From Octopus vulgaris (lineage: Eukaryota), in the NCBI GenBank assembly GCA_951406725.2, contig OX597821.1:6138001-6202000 (forward strand): DNA of 64,000 nt. Reading direction: 5' to 3'. Shown here one piece after another: positions 11,406 through 21,700 of the stretch (the stretch's first letter is position 1; the number at the start of each line of letters is the position of its first letter). A program made the translations under genes and the position numbers. A model generated the notes under the pieces. It searched no databases. It was not told where the DNA came from and saw only the letters and a program-made list of their open reading frames with translations.

Positions 11406-13381
11406 TTACAAAGGTAACTGCTACAAAGGTAAAGGTGATGCCCTAGATACAAATAATTACAGAGGTATCAAGCTGTTGGATCAAGTAATGAAGGTTACGG
11501 AGAGGGTCATAGCCCAACTAATTAGAGAGAGAGTTAGTTTAGATGAGATGCAGTTTGGGTTCGTGCCAGGGAAAAGTACCACTGATGCTATATTCCTGGT
11601 AAGGCAGCTGCAGGAGAAATACCTAGCCAAAGATAAGCCCCTGTACCTGGCTTTCATTGACATGGAGAAAGCTTTTGATAGGGTCCCCCGATCCCTTATC
11701 TGGTGGTCAATGAGGAAACTAGGGATAGATGAATGGCTGGTGAGGACTGTGCAAGCCATGTACAGAGATGCCGTAAGTAAGGTTAGGGTTGGCAACATGT
11801 ACACAGAAGAATTCAAAGTAGAGGTTGGGGTCCACCAGGGTTCAGTACTCAGCCCCCTCCTATTTATCATAGTACTCCAGGCAATTACGGAGGAATTCAA
11901 GACAGGCTGTCCCTGGGAGCTCCTCTACGCTGACGACCTTGATCTTATTGCTGAGTCACTATCAGAACTGGAGGAGAAGTTCCAGGTGTGGAAGGAGGGT
12001 TTAGAATCAAGGGGCCTTAGAGTCAACCTAGCTAAAACCAAAGTACTAATAAGTAGGAAGGTAGACAATCCACAAATGTCTTCAGGAAGATGGCCCTGCT
12101 CGATCTGTAGAAAAGGTGTAGGTAGAAACTCTATAAGATGTACCCAGTGTAAGCTATGGACACATAAGAGGTGCAGCAATGTCAAAGGTAGGCTAACTGG
12201 GAAGATAGTTTTTGTATGTGGCAGATGCTCGGGAGCATTAACCTCCGAAAATCTGCAGAAAACAACTTCCGTCACTTTCCAGGGGGAAAAACTAGAAGTA
12301 GTTGATAGCTTCCGTTATCTAGGTGACCAAGTCAGTAGTGGGGGTGGGTGCGCTGAAAGTGTAACTGCTAGAATACGAATAGCCTGGGCAAAGTTTAGGG
12401 AGCTCTTACCTCTGCTGGTGACTAAAGGCCTCTCGCTCAGAGTAAAAGGCAGACTGTATGATGCGTGTGTACGAACAGCCATGCTACATGGCAGTGAAAC
12501 ATGGGCCGTGACTGCTGAGGACATGCGTAAGCTCGTGAGGAATGAAGCCAGTATGCTCCGATGGATGTGTAATGTCAGTGTACATACTCAACAGAGCGTT
12601 AGCACCTTGAGAGAAATGTTGTACCTAAGAAGCATCAGTTGTGGTGTGCAAGAGAGACGATTGCGCTGGTATGGTCATGTGGCGAGAATGGATGAAGATA
12701 GGTGTGTGAGAAAGTGCCAATCCCTAGCAGTTGAGGGAACCCGTGGAAGAGGTAGACCCAGGAAAACCTGGGACGAGGTGGTGAAGCACGACCTTTGAAC
12801 TTTAGGCCTCACTGAGGAAATGACCAGCGACCGAGACCTTTGGAAATATTCTGTACGTGAGAAGACCAGGCAGGACAAGTGAGCCCAGCCCACTTATGAA
12901 TGCCTTTCCTCCCTTGGACACAAAGACCTGTTGAGGCAAGCGAAGTCGATATAGAACCTCATCCGATGACAGACACCCATGCCAACCCCCCTGCTTGCGA
13001 AGACATGTTGGGGCAAGCGAAATTGAAACCGAATTGAACCAGCCAGGATCCCTGGTCTGGTGGTACGTAAAAAGCACTATCCGACTCGTGGCCGATGCCA
13101 GCACCGCCTCGACTGGCTTCCGTGCCGGTGGCACATAAAATACACCAATCCGACCGTGGCCGTTGCCAGCCTCGCCTGGCACCTGTGCAGGTGGCACGTA
13201 AAAAGCACCCACTACACTCACGGAGTGGTTGGTGTTAGGAAGGGCATCCAGCTGTAGAAACATTGCCAGATAAGACTGGAGCCTGGTGCAGCCTTCTGGC
13301 TTCCCAGAATCCCGGTCGAACCGTCCAATCCATGCTAGCATGGAGAACGGACGTTAAACGATGATGATGATGATGATGATG
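11403..13381 (+). mobile_element. 5'-truncated RTE-clade LINE (RT ORF 11476-12798, 3'UTR, (GAT)n tail)
   Basis: [74 protein letters not shown]. Premature TGA (CGA in the sister copy) shortly before the ORF end. Confidence 0.95.
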
Positions 13382-14047
13382 AGTTAATCCAAACATGAAA
13401 ACACAAAGAGAAAAAACAACAACGTTAGGACGTGGAACAGGTATAGTATTATTGGACGCTCAGGAAAGAAGGAAAGAAGGAGGGTTTAACGTATATATAC
13501 ATATACATATATATATATATATATATATAATTTGAGGATGAGTAAACCTCATGAAGGGATGGTTTCATCCAAGGAAATACTGGTTCAATACCTAGTATTT
13601 TGGGGAACGAATTTCCTAAAACTAATAGGTATATATAAAAACAGTTTATATTCACTTGACAGAAGAAAATAAAATGGAGATTAGGAAGTTAATAATTGTT
13701 CATTAACAGCATTAAAAGGTGTCTTTGTATTTGTGTAACATTCTCCGTTTTTTTTCTTCCTGTCCTTGTTTTCGTATACATTTGCTGCTTTCTTCCAAGG
13801 AATCTAATGCTCTTAGCTTATTTTTTCCTTGGGGCAGGCCAGATCGGAGCAATCTCGAGTATAACAGGGACGAAATTGCAAAGATAATCTGGAACTCAAC
13901 TGAGGAAAGAAAACTCCGAATGATCCGTTCTTGTTTTCTTTGTATTGTCTATCTGGATGTTTTGTTGTCCCTTTTTTGTATCACTGAAATGTCTGGATGT
14001 TTTACGTTCCCCTTTTGTATTGTTTTATATATATAATATATAATATA

Positions 14048-14082
<35 letters not shown>

Positions 14083-14549
14083 TACATATATATGTACACA
14101 TGTATCTATGTTTGTGTCTTTGTGTCTGTGTCTGTCCCCTGGCACTGCTTGACAGGTGGTCTTGGTGTGCTTACGTCCCTGTAAATTAGCGGTTCGGCAA
14201 AAGAGTCAGATATAATAAGTACCAGGTTTAACAAAATCAAGAACGGTGGGGGGTGGGTCAATTCATTTGATTAAAAATTCTTCAAGATGGTGCTCCAGCG
14301 TGGTCGCCGTCTAATGACTGAAACAAGTAAAAGATAAAAGATAAGCGATTCATATACTGAGTTCTGTTTTCCTGTTTGCATGACCAAACCTATATATATA
14401 TCTATATATATCAGAAGACGAACGTTAAGACTTTATCGCAAGAAAATCGATATTACTGCAGATAACAATTTTATGTCTCTTAGCTGCTTCCATAGTATAC
14501 CTGACTTTAGGAAAACAAAAAGGGAAAAGAGAAAATCAATCTATTATTA

Positions 14550-14729
14550 TTATTTTCATGTTTGCATATTAAAGGGCGACAACTCATTACAGTTTCCGGT
14601 GTAGAGTTTCCGGTTAAAGTTAGTTTCCTTTTCCAAGCGATTGTCCACGTTTATTTTGATGGAGAAATGAGGGAGTGACACCTGGTTCGAATCCCTTCTC
14701 TCTCTCCCTTCTTTCCTAATTACTGAAAG
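14550..14729 (+). promoter_or_regulatory. Putative TTC37 promoter and non-coding first exon
   Basis: Non-repetitive island that retains CpG. Two copies of AGTTTCCGGT (ETS-like CCGGAA on the - strand) at 14591 and 14605, and a donor AAG|gtaaat at 14729/14730. The coding ATG follows an acceptor AG directly, which implies an upstream exon. Confidence 0.5.
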
Positions 14730-15491
14730 GTAAATATAAACCTAATCTCCAATCACAGCCTCCCCATGTTGCATCCTAATTCTTCCTTGCATCTTTTTGA
14801 TCCTTTATTTTTTTTTGCAAGCTCGCAAAATCATTAACATGCCGGACAAAATGCTTAGTGGTATTTTGTCCGGCTTTACATTTTGAGTTCAAATTCCACC
14901 GAGGTCGACCTTATCCTTTCGGGGTCAGTAAAATCAATACCAGTCGTGCACTGGGGTCTGTCATCGATCTCCTTCTCTTCCAAAATTTTAAGCATTGTTC
15001 CTTTAGTAAAAAGAATTGTCATTATTTTTCTCTTTATTTTAATCATTCATAATCGATTTGTTAAAATCTATTAATTTTATTATTACCCGATTTTACTTAT
15101 TTCGTTGCTTTCAATCAGCCTTACTCAACCGGTTAATGTTCCATCTGTCCAGCCAAGTTTTCGAGTTCGAATCCTACTGGCTGCTGTTTGTTTTGTTTAC
15201 GCAGCTGTTTTGCATTTCTCAGACAGTGACGTAACGTGCCATGCTATGTAACCAACTCTTCTAGAAGAATCCAGTAGTCTTATGTCTAGAATGGACTCAG
15301 GCATAACTCTGGTTAAGAAGTTCGATTCTACTGTGTGCTACTTGGGACAAAGAGTCTCCTAGCATAGCTTCAAGTTGAGTGAATGTTCCGTGGGGAAAAT
15401 TTATTAGAAACTTTCTGGAAACCATACGCAGGGATGCTCCTGCTTTGAGCGGACACTAATTCGTTGCCTTTTTAATATCACTATCGGCCTC

Positions 15492-15555
15492 TTTAGACCG
15501 AGCACCTCGGCCGGGAGCAGAAAGTTCTGCTCCCGGGCTAGGTGCTCGGTCTAAA
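15492..15555. repeat. GC-rich near-perfect 31-bp hairpin
   Basis: TTTAGACCGAGCACCTcGgCCGGGAGCAGAA-AG-TTCTGCTCCCGGgCtAGGTGCTCGGTCTAAA; 2 mismatches. Confidence 0.9.
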
Positions 15556-15893
15556 ACATAACTTTTTCCGTTCCTCTGACCAGTCTCGATTACGCTGAAA
15601 ATGTTTATGATTGTTGTTCTTACTCCTCTGAGTTATTAAAAATATTGTAATGTGATCGACATCACAATAGGAACCATATTGTGAATAGTGTAGGTGGATA
15701 TGTGTGTGTGAGCAGATAATATGTGTATACTGCGTAGCTGGTTTTAGAATAGGGACACCACGCAAAAGGGGGACTTTAAAGGGTTGACTATAAGAAGGGC
15801 ATCCAGCCGTAAAACACTGCCTTAGAAAAATCATTGAACCCAAGTTAGTATGTAAAAAGCGGTGTCGTAAAACTAATGATGACGGACAACATG

Positions 15894-15976
<83 letters not shown>

Positions 15977-16038
15977 ATCATCAGTAAATCATAAATCTGG
16001 AAAAGAAGCACACTCTAAGATATAGAGCAGCAGAATAT

Positions 16039-16168
16039 GGTTATGACCAGTCTATGGGGTTACCCTGGGTTTCATGTCCATAAAGCGCTCAGCTTTATAG
16101 TGTTTCTTCAGACCCTAAGCACTTTATGGATGTGAAACTCAGAGTAATCCTATACACCAGCCATAACT
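16039..16168. mobile_element. Degenerate palindromic MITE-like element
   Basis: Imperfect inverted arms of about 54 bp (GGTTATG...CATAAAGCGCTCAG and CTAAGCACTTTATGG...CATAACT). Confidence 0.55.
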
Positions 16169-16559
16169 ATATGTATGTATCAGGGCTGTGGAGTTAGAGT
16201 CGTAGTCATGGAATCAGAGTCAGAAACTATTAAGGGATAGTTGGAATCAGAGTTGGTAAAACCATACCGACTCTAACTCGCAATATCTTTATTCTTTAAT
16301 ATCAACCAGTTATAACATAGAGGCCGACTCAAAGTACAAGCGTATGCCTATGCTTTATGGGATACGTAGACCACAATCACTTAATTACATAAAGAGGAAT
16401 TGGAGGTGCCAATAGTAGAGGAGTCAGAGTCGAAGTTTTTTTGGTATGTATGTATGTATGTATGCATGAATGCGTACTCCTACATGCTTGGGTGGGTCCA
16501 TGACAGTAGCTAGCAGTTTCTGTTATGTAGGAGTAGGTGATCAAGAATCATAGTAGTCA

Positions 16560-16970
16560 GAGTAAGAATATGTTAGAAAAAGTTCAAGGAGATATTACCT
16601 CTGCTGGCAACAAATGAAGGACAGATTTTAAGATGCTTATGTGTGAAATGTGATGCTGCATGGTAGTGAGACATGGGTCTGAAATGCAAAGGATTTTTAA
16701 AGACTAGTGGAGAATGAGGCAAGCATGCTTTCCTGTTTATGTAATGTTAATATGCATAACAACGGAATACCGATGAGTTGGGAGAAAAGCTGGGTATTAG
16801 AGGAATCAGATATAGTATGCAAGAGAGAAGGCTATGATGTAAATGGAAGATGGTAGTTGTGTGAGAAAGTGCCAAGAGAAACTGAGAAAAACTTGGGACG
16901 AAGTTGGTGAAGCCTGATCTCAAGTTGTTGCATCTCATGAAGATGATGACGAATGATTATGATGATTGTT
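16560..16970 (+). mobile_element. Old RTE LINE fragment
   Basis: Decayed KFKEILPLLAT...HGSETW...VKPDL followed by a GAT-type tail. Confidence 0.65.
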
Positions 16971-17367
16971 GGCATGATGTGCTGGATAAGACTGGTCCAA
17001 ACTGGGTACAATCATACAGTATGTCAAGACATATTATTCTTTACTCGTTTCAGTCATCTGACTGCGGCCATACTGGAGCACTGCCTTTGGTTGAGCAAAT
17101 CGATCGCAGGACTTATTCTTTGTAAGCCTAGTACTTATTCTATTGGTCTCTTTTGCCAAACTGCTAAGTTACAGAGACTTAAACAGACCAGCATCAGTTG
17201 TCAAGTGATGTTGGGGGCTGGGGACAAACAGACATACAAACACACACATGATGGGTACCACTGATACTACAGGGAATTTCCGCGCTTTTTGGCTCACATT
17301 ATAGTATACTTTGTTTACCTCATGTCACGCATGCAGCCTCACATCAAGCGGTCAATATAAAGACCTT

Positions 17368-18100
17368 CACCAGGGAACAAAAAAATAATAAATACAAACA
17401 AGTGTGTGGAAAATGAATATGAAAAATAAAATCCATGCTGAGGACCCTGGGGTGGCAAGGGTACTTTCAGAACATTCACAGGATCCGATTTTTCCATCAT
17501 AAATTTGGGTAAAATGGATATATATTGATTTTTTTAAAATGGAATCCCACGTTTTTGGTTATGGATTATCCAATTCTGAAAAACAAATTTTCAAAATTTC
17601 ATTATGTTATTGCAGTTTTGTGAGATTTGGCTGTTGTTTCTAGCATGTGGATAGCCTGCTTGAAGGTCCGAGGGTATATATTCTTTTTTTTTTTCCTTTT
17701 GAAAAATTGAAATTTTACAAACAAATTTTTTTCAGAATCGTAATTTTCGCATTTTTCTATGTATTTTGCAAAAAAAAAAAAATTCCAGAAAAAGTGAAAA
17801 GTGAGGTGGGGGCGAGCGGATTGAAATTTTAAAAATGTGATTTTTGAAAATTTTTTTTTCAGAATTGGATCCTCCATAAACAAAAATATGGGATTCCGTA
17901 AAAAGAAATCAATATATATCCATTTTATCCAAAGTTATGATGGAAAAATCAGATCTTGTGAATTTTCCAAAAGTCCCCTCCCCACCTCGTCAGCATGCAT
18001 ATTTTTTCATATTCGTTTTCCACACACTTGTTTGTATCCCCCAGGCTGGTTTATTATTATTATTTTTGATCCCGGGTGATCAAAAATAATAATAATAAAC
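17368..18100. mobile_element. Foldback/MITE with long imperfect inverted arms plus a terminal perfect 23-bp hairpin
   Basis: About 17368-17600 is the reverse complement of about 17838-18078; perfect hairpin at 18049-18100. Confidence 0.7.
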
Positions 18101-18648
18101 ATGCAGCAACCATTTTGACATATTCTTTGCTCAGGATTTCCTCTTTAATTTCAACATAAGTCCAAAAGCTTGTGACAAATGGGACCTCACTAATGTCATC
18201 AAAGGACCAGGTGGTGGTCATGTTGAACTAAACCAGGCAATGAATTATGTCTCACTGAAAAGATTCAGATGATGTTAAATGTCTTCTGACCCTTGACTTC
18301 TGCTTCAATCATTGCCATGTATTCTTATGTTTGTTTTGGATTCATGTGAGTTTTGGACCAAATGCTTTATGGCATATATTCCAATCCTCTGCCGAGGTCA
18401 ACTTTGCCTTTCATCCTTTCAGGGTTGATATAAAAAGTTCCAATCAAAGACAGTGGGTTGGCAGAACTGCAAGAACAACAAACTGGATGCCGTGCAGTAT
18501 TTTCCTGGCTTTTGCATTCTGAGTTCAAATTCCACCATAGCTTATTTGGATACTGGGTATTACTTAAGTACACAGATCAATTTGATCAGACATCTCCACC
18601 AGCCTTACAAAATTGTTATTATTATTATTGTTATTATTGTTGTTTCAG

Positions 18649-18738
18649 ATGGACAATAAGGAAATCAAAAGTAAGCTAAAGGCAGCACGTGAAGCCTTGA
18701 AGAATAAAAATTATGAAGAAGCTGAAAACATCTGTAAA
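18649..18738 (+). CDS. TTC37: TTC37 coding exon 1 ([30 protein letters not shown])
   Basis: tttcag|ATG...AAA|gtaagt; 90 nt. Confidence 0.93.
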
Positions 18739-21700
18739 GTAAGTCAGTTGTGGTCTTTTAAGTAAAGGTCCTTTATCCAATAATATTGTTTCTTTATAAC
18801 ACTGCATCTAAACTCCATTCTAAGGGTTTGGTTGGCCCAGTGCTATAGTAGTAGAAGACTGTAGAAGACACTTGCCCTAGGCACCATACTTGCATGCATG
18901 TATATATATATATATATATAAGAAGAAATGAGGTACTCAGAAATCTGGATGGTTTTATATTTACAGATATTTATTGGTATGTTACATCATCATCATCATC
19001 ATCATCGTTTAACGTCCGTTCTCCATGCTAGCATGGGTTGGACGGTTCGACCGGGGATCTGGGAAGCCAGAAGGCTGCACCAGGTTCCAGTCTGATCTGG
19101 CAATGTTTCTACAGCTGGATGCCCTTCCTAACACCAACCACTCCATGAGTGTAGTGGGTGCTTTTTACGTGCCACCTGCACAGGTGCCAGGCGAGGCTGG
19201 CAACGGCCACGGTCGGATTGGTGCATTTTACGTGCCACCGGCACGGAAGCCAGTCAAGGCGGCGCTGGCATCGGCCACGAGTCGGATAAAATATTGTCAG
19301 AACTTGATGCTAAATCAGAACAAGTGGAAACTTTACATGTTTTTTATAAATCATATATCATATATTAGTGCTTTTGTCGACTCTAGTGGAGTTTTCAAAT
19401 TGAACTTTTGCCGGAATTTTGTCTCTTTTTATCGTATTATTGAGTGTGTAGGGGTGGGGAGAGATATAAGATAGTAGAAAATGAGAGAGAGAGAGAGAGC
19501 GCACGCATGTGTGTTTTTGTATCAGATACAAATACACACATGCACGCTCTCTCTCACTTTCTCCCCGTTCCTCACCCTCTTGTACTATCTTATATCTCTC
19601 CCCACCCCTACACACTCAATAATACTTTAAAAAGAGACAAAATTCCTGAAATTTGAAAACTTCTCTAGCGTGGACAAAAGCGCTAATATGTGATATATAA
19701 TGTATAAAAACATGTAATATACAAATAAATATCTGTAAATATAAAACCATCCAGATTTCTGAGTATTTCATTTCTTCTAATATATAATACCTGTACATCA
19801 TCTCCAAACCTTCTAATATATATATATCAGGTTGAATAAAAAGTAAGCAACGTTTTGAACCATGAAGAATTTGTACCGGATTTTTGTGCTAAGTTTTAAA
19901 GTTTTTTTTAACATATTTTTTGCAATTGTCTGATAATACAGACATAGAGTTGCCTAAATGCATCAATAAATTAATATTGATATCTTTTTCACTGTTGTTA
20001 CAATCATCTGAAATAGAACTGTCAAAGTGCAATATTTGAGCAATTTTGCTATTCAGTTTCAAAAAAGGACATAAAGGACATGAAACTGCTTGTGATATCA
20101 GTGAAATGTTTGGTAAGGAAATGACCAGTGAGTGGTCAGCTTGAAAATGGTTTAAATGACTTTGCAGTGGAGACCAGAAGATCATGAGCATAGTGGATGC
20201 CCATCTGTCATTGATGATGGTCAATTAAAAACTGTCATTGAGAAAGATCCATGTAAAACCACCCGAGAACTGGAAAAAGAACTTCAAGTTAGCCAGAAAA
20301 CTGCCTGCAACCATTTGCATGTGATTGGAAAATCAAAAAAGCTCAACAATGGGTACCACACAATTTGAATGAAAATCAGAAAATGCGCAGGTATGAAATT
20401 TGCTCATCACTTCTTCTCTGTAACCAGACCAGTCCATTTCTCAACCATATTGTAACTTGTGATGCAAAGTAGATTCTGTACAATAATAAAAAACGTTCTT
20501 TGCAGTGGTTGGACCACAATGAAGCACTAGAAACCTTCCTTAAACCCGAGCTCTTCAAAAAAGAGGTTATGGTGATTGTTTGGGGTACTGCTGGACTCAT
20601 CCTCTATAACCTCTTAAAAACTGGATAAACCATTACTGCAGAAACATATTGCCATGAAATTGCCAAAATGAATGAAAAACTGTTACTCCTCCATCCCAGA
20701 CTGGTTAATAGAAGAGGGCCAAATACTCTTTCTCAATTAACACTATGTCTGGCTTCCTATCCTCTATCTCATGTTCGCACTAAGTCATAAACTCCCATAC
20801 GATCTTCGCATTATCATTTCTGATGATGGCTTTGGGTTTATGTTTGTACCACATTTTTGCTCTGTCAAGTTCATACTTGTTGCAAAGTGTCCAATGGACA
20901 ATCCTTTTTATTGTTATTATTTATCTAAATCTTTTTCTTTTGTATTGTTTTTCTAGGTCATCCTTGATTTTGATGAGAAGAACTACAATGCCTTGGTTTT
21001 CAGAGCGGTGGCCAACGTTGAAACAAAACACAGAGATGAAGCCATATCGTTTTATAAACAAGCCATTGAAATTAATCCAGATCAAGTCCTAGCTTGGCAG
21101 GTAGTGTCTCAGAATGTTTTTGTAACAGTCTTTGAAACCCAAAAGAAATACAGTAACATAATCTAAGGGATTATATCTAAACACATATATTCTTCTATTC
21201 TTTTACTTGTTTCAGTCATTTGACTTCAGCCCTGTTGGAGCACCACCTTAAACGGTTGTTTTGTAGTTGAAGAAATCAATCCCAGGACTTATTCTTTGTA
21301 AGCCTAGTACTTATTCTGTCAGCCTATTTTGCTGAACTGCTTAGTTAAGGGGATGTAAACACACCAACACCGGTTGTCAAACAATGGCGGAAGGACAAAC
21401 ACAGACACACATATATCTATATATGATGGGTTTCTTTCAGTTCCTGTGTACCATAGCCACTCACAAGGCTTTAGTTGATCTGAGGCTATCATACCTAGTG
21501 GTGATTGATGTTCAACTCAGTAGTTCTCAACCATTTTGTGCCTGTGAACCCCTTTGGTTTTTTTTTTTTCACTCTACTGGACCTTCATAGCCCGTCATCA
21601 TCATCATCGTTTAACGTCCGCTTTCCATGTTGGTATGGGTTAGACAGTTTGACTGGGGGTTGGCGAGCCACATGGCTGCACCAGGCTCCAATCTGATCTG

